Source of the DNA: Prasinococcaceae sp. CCMP 1430
Taxonomy: Eukaryota; Plantae; Prasinodermophyta
Length of the DNA: 64,000 nt
Assembly (NCBI GenBank): GCA_013416795.1
Contig: RQSC01000004.1
Location: forward strand, 208,787-272,786
Direction of reading: 5' to 3'
The translations under genes were made by a program, and so were the position numbers. The notes beneath the pieces are model-generated. The model was not told the origin of the DNA, ran no database searches, and saw only the letters and a list, made by a program, of their open reading frames with translations. This document shows, one piece after another, positions 22,869 through 35,709 of this stretch (the first letter of the stretch is position 1; each line of letters starts with the position of its first letter).

Positions 22869-24745
22869 TCATGCGACCGCGTCGCGTGCCTCGCGCATGT
22901 CGGCCTGTGCGTCCGCAAGCGCGCGCCTCACCTGGTCGGCCACCGCGCCGTCGCCGTGCGTGAGCCGCAGCATGCCGAGAGCGAATCTTGCCACCTCGGC
23001 GGTCCTCTCCGGCGACTTCCGCGCGCTCGCACCGGACACAGAGAGTCAGCAGCAGGACCCAGCACGCAAGGCGACATGCGCAGCGCTCGCTCGCAGCATG
23101 TGTCACGCGACACAGCACACGACCGAGCCCCAACACTACCACCGTCGCCACACACACACACACAGAATCGCACGCACACACACGACAAATCCGTCGCACG
23201 CACCTCGTTGGCATACGCGAGCAGCTTTGCGTGCGTGGCGAAGTGCATGCTCGCCTCGGGGGTTGGATTGTTGTGCGCGCCGACGGCCCTGAAGAGGACG
23301 CTGACCTCCTCGGCAATTTCAAGCGCCGTGTCCCATGCTTGCTTCGCGATGTGAAGTCTCAACTTGAGCAGCATCGTGCGTAGGCGGAGGCTCGGGCATG
23401 CCCCACCCAGCTCGTCGTCATTCACGTCCATGGCGCCCACGATCGCCGCCTCTGCCGCCACCAGGTCATGTGCGTCAAGCGCGCGCTCTGTAGACGCTTG
23501 GAGCCGAACTAACCGCGCCGCAGACGCCACCATCGTGTCACGTGCGCTCGCGGGGACCCCATAGATGAGCACGGTCACCTCCTCGCTCTGAGTAGCGCTG
23601 CTGCCGCTGCCGGCACTGCCGCCGCCACGCGCCGTGGCAAAGTCGAGTCCGGCAAAGCCATCCACCGCGCGGTCCAGCGCAGAGGACATCCACGCACAGA
23701 CGTTTGCGCCACGCGCAACCTCGCGTCCGCTTTCGGCGTGTTCGCTGACGCCTGGGCCATCGCCGAGGTCCAGCACGAGCGCGCCGCACGACTCGGTCCG
23801 CTGCGGCGCGGGCATGGGTGGCATCTCCGGGCGTGCATCGAAGTGGTACTCTGCGAGCAATGTCGCCCTGCGCTGCTCCCACGGCAGCAGCACGTCCACG
23901 TACGAGATGGTGACCTCCTCGCCCTCGCTAATTGAGCGCAGGGCGCGCAGCACGATGGTGTCGCCCTCGAACCCCTGCACGGCAGCCGGCGCGCACGAGT
24001 GGTTCGCCAACGCTGCCATGCCGTACAGCGCGACGCCCAGAGGGTGGAGATTCTCGTCGCACACGGTGTGCGCATTGCACGCCAGCGCTGCTAGCAGCTG
24101 CGTGACCTCGCGCACGGGCGGCAGACCAAGGCGCTGCGCGTCCTCGTCCGAGTGCCTCGCAGCGCCCTCGAGGCCTTCTGCACCGGCCATCAGCGAGCGC
24201 GCGGCGGCTCCCATCGCAGAAAACGACACCTTTCGCTCGTCACTCAGGTCAGACCAGTGCGTGCGCAGCGGTACAACATGCTCATCGTACGCGGCTGCGC
24301 CCTCAGCCGACGCTGCGCGCTGCCACAGCAGCCGCATCGCGAGCAGCATCGCAGCGGGCGTGGACACCGCGCGCTCGCGATCGCCGATTGACGCCAGCGC
24401 CGCGCACTCGCGGCGATGCGTGGGCCAGGCGGCGCGCTGCGCATCGCGGCCCGCATATCGCAAAACGCCACAGCGGGAGCAGCGCAGCAGTCGCTCGCCG
24501 CCTGCTGCTCGCCGCCAGCGCGCGGCGCACACGCCCTCACGTGACCCCACGCCAAGTGCCGATGCGAGCGGGCGCTCACGCAGCAGCACGTCCCCGGCTG
24601 CGCAAGCGCGCGCCGCCACCAACCGGCGACCGCGCGGATCGCCATCCGCGTCGTCACCTCCTTCCACGAGCACGCGGCTCTCGATCACCCTCTTCACGGC
24701 GCCGTCGCCACTGCCAGCACCGCCGCCCACAGCCTCGTAGGCCAT
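22869..24745 (-). CDS. SMYD/ASHR1-like SET and MYND domain lysine methyltransferase; intron from about 23202 to about 23020
   Basis: GRRLVA...GDVLL.E.P, CSRC...THRREC (MYND), ALANHSCAP, LRALRSI.EGEEVTISYVD, TPR-like C-terminus LRLTHG. The last exon ends VRRALADAQADMREARDAVA*. Confidence 0.88.
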
Positions 24746-25597
24746 CAGCGACGCAGCCACGCGCCAGCCGCCGCCCGCGCCTGTCAGCGCGCGCCGAGGA
24801 CGACCAACCACTCGCCGTGCCAGACTGGCGCGAGCTGTTCCCCACTCCCTCCCACCTAAATCAAACGCGGCGCCTCAAGACGCGCGCCATCTGTTAAGCG
24901 CGCTCGCGCGGTCTGGCGCCTCCACACGCGCCCGTGCAACCACACACACACGCACGCGCACATGCTGGCATGCGCGCGCCTGCGCGCACGCGCGTGCGCC
25001 AACTCTTGAGTTCGTACCCAAACGACGGCTACTCAGAAAATCCCGCAAGCAGCTGCCAGCTGGACGCACGCGCGGCGGATAGGCGGGTCAAGGGAGCGCG
25101 GGCATCGCGGACGGAGGAGCGCGCCTACTCGGACTTGTGCAGCTCTACAACGTGTCGCCCATTACATTCTATTAGCTGGATCCTTGAGTCTGGACGCACC
25201 CGAGTGCGGCGCGTCCTCTCCGCCACCGTGGCACCTCGCGCCCTTGTCGTGCTCGTCGTCGCGCGCGCCCCCGGCGTTGCACGTGCGTGCGTCCAAGCGC
25301 TTGGGGGGGTGCGCGATCTCGCGAGCTTGCGGTCGGGCGGCGACGTCTGCGCATTGAGCGCACGTTTGGCGTCGTGCCGTCATTGGTTCGACGGGGCGAG
25401 GCGGGTGGGCGGGGAGGACAGGGCTGGGGCGGATGCGGCGGAGTCCTGCTTGAGGCGCCGCGGCGAGAGTGGTGTGGCGGGGTGGATGGTGGTGTGCTTG
25501 TGCGGTTGCGTGCGAGTGCGCACGAGCGCGCGCGCCTTTGCGCGCGCGCACGAGCTCACTCCCGCACAATCAGTGTGGTCGTCGCAGTGCCGCCGAC

Positions 25598-27138
25598 TCA
25601 CAGGTTCGCGGCCGCGTTGGTCGTGTACTTGCCGTCGTTGTTGATGATCTCCGGCGCACGCGCGCCCGCGGGCACGCCCTTGGCGACAGCGGACTTGGCC
25701 ATGAACGCCACGACGAGAGCAACGAGACCGACGGCGCAGCCGATCGCGCCCACGACGATGCCGGCGATGTCGCTGTCGCCGCCGTCGCTGTCGCTGTCCA
25801 CGACAGTCAGCTCCGCGTTGCGACCCGAGCCGGAGACGGCGTCGAGCTGCAGCTGCAGAGCCGCGATCTGCGCGGCCATGGCGTCGGCGGCCTTCTCGAG
25901 CTGGCTGACCTCATACTCGAGCGCGGCGTTGCGCTTCACCGAGAAAACATAGTCGCCCGAGCCGTTCACCTTGTCGGTGGACGCCTCGTAGTACCACTCG
26001 GGGTGGGCGGCGGCGTCGGGCAGCACGAGCTCGTTGATGGCCTGCTTGGCAATGTTGAGGAGCGCGGGAGGCACGCCGACGAAGCCGTAGTCGGCGACGA
26101 GCGCCTGGCCCTCCTCGGAGATGATGTACTCGAGCACGGCCTTGAGCACCGGCGCGGAGCTGCCCAGTGCAGAGATGTCCTTGTCGACGTAGATGTACGA
26201 CGTGGCGACGATGGGCCACGTGTTGGGGCCGGGCATGTTAAACATGTCGGCGTCCGCGAACGACGACGACGGATCGGAGGGGAACTTGTTGGCGCTGTAC
26301 ACGGCCTCAGTCGCGGCCGCCTGGATGTTGGCCGCGTCGAACGAGTTGACGAAGTTGCCGTCGGCGTTCTCGAGCTCGATCTCGGAGAGGCCGGCGCCCT
26401 GGCCGTGGCCCGAGTCAATGTAGCCGATGGCCCACTCGTTGTCAACGAGCATGGAGGTCATGCCGCCGCTGCCCTCGACAGCGGTCGTGTCGTCCTCCCA
26501 AGTGACGGTCGAGCCGACCTGCTCGGCCGGCCACGACGCCGGGCAGCCGGCGTGCATGAACGAGGTGACGGCGAAGGTCGAGCTCGAGCCCTTGGTGCGG
26601 TGGCCCACCTGGATGTTCTTGCCCGCGGGGACGAATTCCGCGAGGCCGGGGTTGACCGCCAGGAGGTCGGGGTGGTCCCAGGTGGTGATGTCGCGCGAGA
26701 ACACGCGCGCCAGCAGGCAGGCGGTCATGTTGAGGCCCAGGGTGCTCTCGGCAGGCAGGCCCGGCACCGAGTGGAAGAAGGTCACCGCGCCGATCATGAA
26801 GGGAAAGTGCAGCACGGTGCGGCCGGCGGCGTTGACGGCATCGTAGTCGTCCTGCTTCAGCGGGATGTCGCCCGAGCCGAAGTGCGTGTTGCCAGCGTAG
26901 CCCTCGTCGGCGTTGAGGAACTCGAACTGGCCGGTCGACGAGCCCACGCCGCGGTAGGACATGCGCAGCGGGCGCGACGCCCGCGTGGTGAGCGTGTCGA
27001 ACACGCGCCAGAGGTACTTGGACGGGTTGGTGGTGCCAGAGCCGTTGAGCACGGTGACCGACTCATCGACCGCGCCGACAGTCGCCGGCGCGACCACCGC
27101 GGCCGCGCACAGCGCGGCCGGGCGCGATGGCGCCCATG
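25598..27138 (-). CDS. PstS-like phosphate-binding protein (PBP superfamily) with a C-terminal transmembrane anchor
   Basis: LNGSGTT, YRGVGSSTG, HFGSGDIPL, ITTWDHP, HRTKGSSST, IGYID, LENADGNFV, WPIV..SYIYV; TM IAGIVVGAIGCAVGLVALVVAF. The ATG at 27138 is one base out of frame. A GTGAGT at the apparent stop may indicate a further 3' exon. Confidence 0.88.
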
Positions 27139-28739
27139 GCGTTCTGCGGCAAGCGCAAGGCTGTCGTGGAGCGTTCGCGGCGGGCCACCTTCAAGCAGCG
27201 CGCGCTCGCGGTGCTGCGCAGGCGCTCGGCGCCTCTGGCGGCGGCGTACTGGACGGCGGGCGTGGGAGGCACGTACGCGACGTGCCTCGTGTGCGTCGCG
27301 ACCAGCGCTTTCGACACATCTGGCAGTGGCGTCGTCGCGGGGATCGTGCTGTGCCTCGCCGCGCTCCTCGTCTTCGGCGTCGGCTCGCTCTTTCTGGAGT
27401 TCGACATCTGCACATACCTCGGTGCGGGCGCACGCAACGGTGCGATCGAGAGCGTGTGCAAAGAAGGAAGATATAGATGAACAGATGAGGGGCTTCCCCA
27501 CCGGCCCTGCTGATCGCAGCGCGTGCGCTGATGCCGTCTGCCCCTGACCCTCGCTCGCATGCCACCTCCCCCACGCCTCCTCCCTCCTCCCTATACCCTC
27601 TTGAAGGCAAGGGCATCGGTACTAGCCTTCTCCCCGCCGCACTTGCGGGCTCTTATCTCATCCTGCACGACCAGTACAACGGCATCAGCCGAATCGAGGT
27701 CGACACGCTCCAGCCCCGGCCTTTGCTGATGCTGCGCCTCGATCCGGCGGAGATCGAGGAACAGAAGGCTGAAGCGGCGAGGCAGCGGCGCAAGTATACC
27801 GAGCCCAATGTTCTGTCGCTCTTCTCGCTGTCCGACCCCATCCCGCGGCTGGTTGATGCGGATGTAGTCACCGGCACAGGTTGGACATCGCGGCCCGAGT
27901 ATGTGGGCGGCGTGCAGGTGACGCTGCCGAGGCCGAGCGACACAGCCAAGCCGCGCGGGTACCGCTTCGCTGGGAAGGACGAGAGCGGCACGTTCTGCGC
28001 GATGCCGCTCGTGCACGCCAACTGGACCGCCGATGAGGAGCCAGTTCATCTGTGGGCGGTGTGCGACAACGAGTGGCAGGGTGAGGTCAATTGCACTGCG
28101 GCGATGCTGGGGCACTACAACCAGAGCGACTGGTGGGGACACGGTGAGCTGCAGATGTTTCGCGCGCGCCGCGCGTGTCGGCAGTAGCGCGTGCCTGCCG
28201 CGGCGCGCGTCTGCAATAGGTGCGTGCGCATCCGCGGCATTCTGACTGTCGCACGCTCCCTGGTGCCCAAATCCCTACCCGTCCTCCGTCGCAACCCGCG
28301 GCTGCGAGCACTGGCACATGAAGCTCCGCTTCGGAATTGCTTCGATCGCACCGCACGCGCTCTCGAGGCCTCCGCGGTAAAGGGTGCCGTGCCGACCCTG
28401 GCGCATGGCCGGCGGCCCGCGATGCTGCAATTTGATAGCGGACGTGACGAGGACTTCCGCAGCGCTGTGCGTGAGGCTGCAGCCGTTCATGGCCTGCTGG
28501 CACCGTCAGGAGACGCCGCCTTCATGCTGGTGAGCGAGGAGGAGTGCTGCGCGCGCGAGACTGTGCTGCAAGGCGCATTGACTGCCTCCATAATTGTCAT
28601 AGCGCTGGTGCCGCTGGTGGTTTTCATTGGGCGCACGGTGGTCGGCGATGCGAGACGGCTGCTACGACGCAAGATGGCGGGGCTCGCGTTCACGCGCACG
28701 AAGCTGCGCGCCATCGTGTCCGAGTCGTTGGAGTTGTAA
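27127..28739 (+). CDS. Uncharacterised multi-pass membrane protein with a Cys-containing extracytoplasmic domain, 3 exons (about 27127-27421, 27608-28143, 28309-28739)
   Basis: Hydrophobic segments in exon 1 and near the C-terminus; GTGCGG and GTGAGC donors with CTGAC branch points link three ORFs; N-glycosylation sequons NWT, NCT, NQS. Confidence 0.5.
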
Positions 28740-28817
28740 ACAATTGTATCATTCACGCAACCAATTACAGGCGGAACAGAGTCGCAGGCTCGAGAAGCGC
28801 GTACGTGAGTTTGCGTG

Positions 28818-28821
<4 letters not shown>

Positions 28822-28848
<27 letters not shown>
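28822..28848. repeat. (GT)n microsatellite between convergent genes
   Basis: gtgtgtgtg... run. Confidence 0.9.
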
Positions 28849-28859
<11 letters not shown>

Positions 28860-28923
28860 ATGGTACGTTTCGGACGCTTGCGGACCGGCAGAGGTGACCG
28901 CGCCCACTTGCGCGCGCTGACGC

Positions 28924-31449
28924 TCACGCCGGTCCCGCCTCGGCGGCGGCCTTCTTCTTTGCGGCCACCGCCTTTGCCAGCTCGACAGCCTTGCGCTGGC
29001 ACTGCGCGGGTGTGTGCTCACCGGGCACCGCCGCTGCCACGCGCTCCCAGCGCTCTGTACCGTCGTACTTTGACGCCGGGAAGGCACCCATTGCCTTCAC
29101 CAGCGCGCTGGTTGCTGCGGGTGTCCACGCGGGCGCGTTGGAAGAACCCTTGCTGCCAACCGCGTTCACTGCCTCACCCTTGGGCGCCTTTCTGTCCGAC
29201 AAGAACTTGCTGTATGCGTCCTCTGGCTTGCCTGCCAACAAGCCGGGACAGGTCTTGACGAGTGCGGTCACCTCCTCGGCGTCGCGCGTGCCCACCACAT
29301 TTGCAATGCTTTCCCAGCGGTTGCGCGCGCCTGCCGGGAACTGCGCCAGACCCTTCTTGAGCGCTTTGAGCTCCACCTCCGTCCAATTCTTCAGCCGCTC
29401 AGACGCAATCGCGAGCTCCGCAGCTTTCGCAGTTTCAGCCTTGCTCTGAGCGCATATGGCAGGAGGTGGGGGGTGCGAGCAAGGCCGGGAGCCAACGTGT
29501 CAGCGGGACCGCGGGCGACGCGACCCATCCCTAGAACACGGTCCACGCCGCACTCGACTTCCCGAATCACGCCACTGCACAGGTAAGGCCCCGTCGTCTT
29601 GTCGTGTCGTACCTCGAACATACGCACACGTCACGGTCGTCATTTGAAGTGGACGAGGTGCCCGAGCATGGCTCCAGCGTCGACCACACACCAGCGCGGA
29701 TCTGAAGCGGCGGCCTGCAATGCCACCACCGCTCCCAGCAATCCGTTCCGTCTCCACCACACACACGGTCGACAAGCGCGCGGTCCAGCCAACGCCAGCC
29801 CGACCACCCGTGTCACCGCGCGCGCACACACAAGCAAACCCACCCTGCAATACGAGCGCACCGACTCGCCCCCCTCGACTCGCCCCCCCTTCCCCGCCCC
29901 CTCCACACCCTCGCCGCGACCAGTCGAAGATCGCGCCGGCGGCCTCGGCCCCGCAGCTGGGCGGGATGTCGCCGCACGTGCTCCGCCTCCTCGCCATCCT
30001 CCGCTTCCACTACCGCCCAATCTGCCGCGTCCCGACCAATTAGCCCACTAAAAGAATGCTTGCCTGCCAGCCGATCCGCCACTAGTTACTCACCTCGAGC
30101 TCCTTCGCCCGCTTGGCACGCTCCTCCATGCGCGTGGCAGCCTCGAGGTCGAGCTCCTTGAGCGCAGTGCAGAGCAACTCCTCGCGCGCGGCAGCCTCGG
30201 CGGCCTCCAGGTCCTTGACGAGCGCCTTCAGCTTGTCAAAGTCCAGCCCCGTGCACAGCGACTCGGTGCCCTCCACGTCGAAGGCAGCGACCTCGCCGGT
30301 GAAAGCGCGCAGCGCCTTGCGGTTCTTCTGCTGCTCCTTTCGCCGCTTCTCCTTCTCCTTCTTGGCATCGGCGGCCTTGTTCTTTCGCGCAGCCTCCTCC
30401 GCTGCCTTGGCATCCTCCTCGGCCTTCTTAGCCGCCGCCTCAGCCTCCTCCTTCTCGCGGCGAATGCGCTCCTTCTCGTTCTTGACCTTGTCCTTGGCCT
30501 CCTGAGCGGCGCGCTTGCGCGCCTGGATGCGCGGGTCGCAGTCGAAGGCGTTCTGCACGAGCTTGATCACGCGCTCGCGCTCCTCCTTCTTCGCCTTCTC
30601 GCGCATCTTGGCGTTCTGGCGCTGCAGGTGGCGCTTGTGCTCGCGGTCGTCGCCGTCGTTGATTGTGTGCTCGTCGTCAGCCTTGAACTCGCGCCACGAC
30701 TTCATGCCAAACCAGAACTTGTAGAACGCATCCACGACCTTCATGTCCGTGTTGGCGTCGCCAAGCTTGGGCACGGGCTTCTTCTCCGAGAAGCGTCCAT
30801 TCGACTCGAAGAGCTCGGCGAACGTCTCGTAGAAGTCGGCCTCGTCCACGTCGTTCGAGCCAACGCTCTCGTCGAAGTGGTCGATGGAGTCGAACTCGCG
30901 GCGAGCCTTGACGTTCGTGAGCGTCTCGTACGCGCGCTGCACGCGAGCGAAGAGCTCCTCGGCAGCCTCGCGATCCTCCTCGCTGCCCATGGCGTCCTTC
31001 ATGGTCTTGTCTGGGTGGTACTTGATCTGCGCCACCTTGAAGCCCTTCTGCACGTCCTCGGTGGTCGCCTTGTACCGCAGGTGCGCGCAGCCGACGAGCG
31101 CGTAGAGGTCGCACCACTCGTCGAAATCCGCGTCGCGGCCCTTTTCCTTGGCCTCCTTCTTCATCCTGCGCAGGCGCGCGGCGAACGCCTTGGGAGCCTT
31201 GGTCTCCGTCCACGCGGCGTCATCCTCCGACTGCTCCTCCTCGCCCTCCTCATCGTCGTCGTAGTAGTCGTCGTCATCGTAGTCACCGCGCTCGTCGAAG
31301 TCCCAGTCCTCGTCATCATCGTAGTTGGGCCCCAGGATGCCAAGCTTGCGCTTGACCACGTTGATGTGCGCGCGGCCCGCCGCTTCCTTCATGGTCGCGT
31401 CGACGGGCGCCGCGTTCGAGCACACCAGCTCGACGCCGCCCGCGGGCAC
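28924..31449 (-). CDS. DNAJC2: Zuotin/DNAJC2 (MPP11, ZRF1) ribosome-associated J-protein with two SANT domains; intron 30093-29446; first exon probably in the gap
   Basis: EAAG, DLYALVG...YHPDK J domain, RFSEKKPVPKLGD, FY.FW..KSWREF, DPRI, charged coiled coil, SANT repeats RWESIA and ERWERVAAAVPG. Confidence 0.95.
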
Positions 31450-31632
31450 CTGCGTGGCGGCGCGGACGCGTGGGGCGCGCGCAGGGAGGCGGCGCGCGTC
31501 AGCGGCCCGCTCCCCTCTCGCGCCAACCCTTGCGCTCCCCCCTCCTTTCCCTCCTCCTCCCACCCCCTTTGTCCCCCCTCTCCTTGGCCTCGCCGACGGC
31601 GGCAGCGGCGGCGGCTGCGCGACGGCGGCGCA

Positions 31633-31812
31633 NNNNNNNNNNNNNNNNNNNNNNNNNNNNNNNNNNNNNNNNNNNNNNNNNNNNNNNNNNNNNNNNNNNN
31701 NNNNNNNNNNNNNNNNNNNNNNNNNNNNNNNNNNNNNNNNNNNNNNNNNNNNNNNNNNNNNNNNNNNNNNNNNNNNNNNNNNNNNNNNNNNNNNNNNNNN
31801 NNNNNNNNNNNN
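31633..31812. other. Assembly gap
   Basis: N run. Confidence 1.
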
Positions 31813-32483
31813 GCCCAGCCCCGCCCGGCCGGAGCGAGCGCGCACCGGCCGGCCGCAGCCGCCGGCCGGAGCAACCCCGATTTTGGTTGGCGAACGGCGG
31901 CCGGCGCGCGCTCGGCACGGACCGACCGAGTGAGGATATACCCCAGCCCAGATCCCAGCAACGAGCAGATCGATCAACAACAATCAATACTCATAATGGC
32001 TGATGACTGAATATGAAAGCGAAGAGAGCCCGAAACCCCGCCGGAGCGCCGGGACGGCGGCGGGGCCAACCAACCAACCAACCCGCCCACACCAACACCC
32101 ACACCCACACGTCCCACACATCCCAGCCACACATCCCAGCCACACATCCCATCCAGCGCCGCGGCTCTCGCGCGTCGGTCGGAATCGGAATCGGAATCGA
32201 GCGGAATTGGGATGGATTCGAATGGATCGATCGACGGCCGCCGGCCGGGCCGGGCCAGCGGCGGCCAAAAAAAGAGGCGGTGAGTCCGATTTCCGGGTGT
32301 TTCCGTGGGGTCTGCGAGCGGTCCGCACGCCGGAATTCGCGCGAGGTCCGAGCGGAACGCCCACATTGAATCCAGCCAGGGGTGTGGGGGAGTGGCGCGC
32401 GACGAGCCGGCCGGCCGGCCGGCCGGTGCGTTTTCGGGACTGCGGCAGCGCGGATCGGCCGGGGCGGCGGCCGCCGGCCGCCG

Positions 32484-32485
<2 letters not shown>

Positions 32486-32518
<33 letters not shown>
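32486..32518. repeat. G33 homopolymer upstream of the ABCF start codon
   Basis: Read directly from the sequence. Confidence 0.9.
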
Positions 32519-32520
<2 letters not shown>

Positions 32521-32669
32521 CGAGGTCGTAGCGGGGTGTGGTGCAGGTGGGGGGGCTGTGGAGGGGGGGCGGATGCGATGCTGCGTGCCGCCGACGACGA
32601 CGACGCCACAGCGCGCGTTCGCGGGCGGTGGGCGGTTGCCCTCCCCGGGCGCCTGGGAGGGCGGGCGCC

Positions 32670-33975
32670 ATGGTGCTCGAGGGGCTGGGAAAGGCCAAGA
32701 AGGACAAGAAGAAGGACAAGCAGGACAAGGAGGACAAGAAGGACAAGAAGGACAAGAAGGACAGGAAGGACAAGAAGGATGGCGCCTCGAAGTCGAAGGA
32801 CAAGGACAAGGCCAAGCATCGCGACGAGACCAAGGAGGAGCGTGCCGAGCGCAAGGCGAAGAAGGCCGAGCGCAAGGAGGCCAAGGAGGCTGGCGGTGGC
32901 AAGAAGGAGAAGAAGTCGCTCGTGGGCGGCGCGCCCGCGCCGCAGCAGCGCCGGCCGGACCCTAAGATGCTGCTGCGCCAGCAGCAGCGCGGCGCGGCCG
33001 ACGGCTATCTCGGCGGCATCGACCTGCCGCCGTCCGACTCCGAGGAGGAGGAGGAGAGGGAAATCGTGCGCGAGGAGAAGGAACTCAAGGTGGAGCACGA
33101 GATGAGCGCCAAGACCGCCAAGAAGGCCGCCGAAAAGGAGCGCAAGGCCGCCGAGGCGGCCGCGCGCGCGCGCGCGGCCCAACTCAACGAGGGCGACAGC
33201 GCCTTCTCGGTGACGCTCGGCGGCGGCGCGGGCACGCAGGCGGAGCTCGACCCGAACTCGCGCGACGTCAAGGTGGAGAACTTCGGCGTGTCGGCGCGCG
33301 GCAAGGACCTTCTCGTCGACACCAACCTCACCATCGTGCACGGGCGCCGCTACGGCCTGTGCGGCCCCAACGGCATGGGCAAGTCGACGCTGCTGCGCCT
33401 CCTCGCCAAGCGCATGATCCCCGTGCCCGAGCACATCGACGTGCTGCTCGTCGAGCAGGAGGTGATTGGCGATGACCGCTCGGCCATCCAGGCGGTGCTC
33501 GACGCCGATATCGAGCTCATGCAGCTCCGCGAGGAGGCCGCGCGCCTCGAGAAGCTCTCGCTCACCGACAAGGAAACGGCCGATGCAGGAGCGGCCGGCG
33601 GCGACGAGGGCGCGAGCGCAGCGGGCGCTGCCGACGGGGAGGAGCAGCAAGGAGAGCAGGCGGAGGGCGCCGGAGAGCGCAAGCTCACGCTGAAGGAGCG
33701 CCGCGAGGCCAAGAAGGCGAAGAAGCTCGCGGCAGCCGGCGCGGCGGGCGGCGGGGACGACGAGCAGCTGACGCCCGACGAGGCCGCCGACCGCCTCGCC
33801 GAGGTGTACGACAAGATGGCCGCCTTGGACTCGTCGAAGGCGGACAGCCGCGCCCGCAAGATCCTGCACGGCCTGGGCTTCACCCCCAAGATGCAGGCGG
33901 CGCCCACCAAGAGCTTCTCGGGTGGCTGGCGCATGCGCATCAGCCTGGCGCGCGCGCTCTTCATCCAGCCCACGC

Positions 33976-34006
<31 letters not shown>

Positions 34007-35165
34007 GGACCTGCGCGCCGTGCTGTGGCTCGACGAGTACCTGCAGACGTGGAAGAAAACGCTCGTGGTGGTGTCGCACGATCGCGACTTCCTCAACACG
34101 ATCACCACCGACATCATCCACCTGCACGACCTGCAGCTGCACCAGTACCGCGGCAACTTCGCTTCGTTCGAGGACATGTACGAGATGCGCCGCCGCGAGG
34201 CCAACAAGGCGTACGAGAAATGGGAGAAGCAGATGAAGGCCGCCAAACGCGCTGGCAAGAAGGATGCCAAGGAGAAGGCCGACAAGAAGGCCAAGTACGA
34301 CCAGAAGAAGCGCGACAAGGCGGCGCACAAGGCCGGCGGGGATGACGGCGCACCGGGTGTCACCATGCAGCGCTGGAGCGACTACGAGGTCAAGTTTGAC
34401 TTCCCCGAGCCCACCGAGCTGCCGCCGCCCTTGCTCCAGCTGATTGACGTGTCCTTCCAGTACCCTACCAAGAAGGAGTTCAAGCTCGACAAGGTCAACG
34501 TCGGCGTGGACATGGGCACGCGCGTGGCCATCGTGGGACCCAACGGCGCGGGCAAGAGCACGCTGCTCAACCTGCTCGCGGGCGACATCGAGCCGAAGGA
34601 GGGCGAGTGGCGGCGCTCGCACAAGCTGCGCATCGGGCGCTACTCGCAGCACTTCCTTGACGTGCTCACCATGAACGAGACGCCCGTCGAGTACCTCATG
34701 CGCCTCTACCCGAACGTGGAGGGCATGTCAAAGGTCGAGGCCATGCGCAAGATGCTCGGCAAGTTCGGGCTCGTGTCGCACAACCATACGGCGCCTATCA
34801 CGAAGCTGTCGGGTGGGCAGAAGGCACGCGTGGTGTTCGCCTCCATTGCGCTCTCGCAGCCGCACATCCTGCTCTTTGACGAGCCCACCAACCATCTGGA
34901 CATGCAGTCCATCGATGCGCTGGCGGACGCGCTCGAGGAGTTCAGCGGAGGCGTGGTGCTCGTGTCACACGATGCAAGGCTCATCTCGCGCGTGTGCGAC
35001 GACGCAGAGACGGGTGCGCAGATCTGGTCCGTGGATTTCCGCGACGAGCAGCCTGGCGACGACCCGGAGTGCCGCTACGCTACCGTCCAGCACTTCAAGG
35101 GCGAGTTCGAGGAGTTCCGTGAGCGGCTGCTGGAGGAGATCAGGCGCGAGAACGAGGAGGACTGA
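32670..35165 (+). CDS. ABC-F family translation factor (ABCF1/plant ABCF4-like), two NBDs, no TM domain
   Basis: [32 protein letters not shown]; [26 protein letters not shown]; K/D-rich N-terminus. Confidence 0.95.
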
Positions 35166-35709
35166 TCGACGCGAGCGCATGCGGCCAGGGGACAGCGGGG
35201 CAGTTGGGCGGCGATCACGGTGCGTGAAGAGGGGTGGCGAGCGTCGCGACAGGCACGTGTGCCGAGCGCGCGCAACGCCGGTGCCACTGATTACAACCAT
35301 GAAGGTAACATGGAGAATGGGGCAGGGAGGCGAGACTGCCTACGCATGTTCGCCATTTCGCCATTTGTATTCGTTCTATGAAGGCACGAGAGCGAGAGAA
35401 CGCTCGCCCACATATTCTATGGGCGTCCTGTGGCGCAGATGTGCGATTTGGGTGGGCCTCGCTGACACACAGGTGCATTTACTGCGACTCACCATTGCTG
35501 GCTCGCGCACCCCATCCCAGGTTGCTCCTCGAGACGCGTGGACGGCTGGCCGCGCGGCCGCCAGAGTGCTTCGTGTCGAACATAATAGCCAATTTTTTAC
35601 ACGCGATTGCTCGTGTATGCTGCACTGCTGCTCTCAACTGCTGCTGTCGCAGGTATTACACAATGGGTGGGTGGGTGGGGGTGGGGGGTCACAAAGCCAC
35701 GTGCAATGC

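Noticed and set aside
29446-30093. Nested gene or ncRNA in the long zuotin intron
   Set aside because: The short ORFs lack motifs, and I found no convincing snoRNA boxes.
32696-32810. AAGAAGGAC tandem repeats as a CRISPR or satellite array
   Set aside because: They are in-frame KKD coding repeats of ABCF with no spacers.
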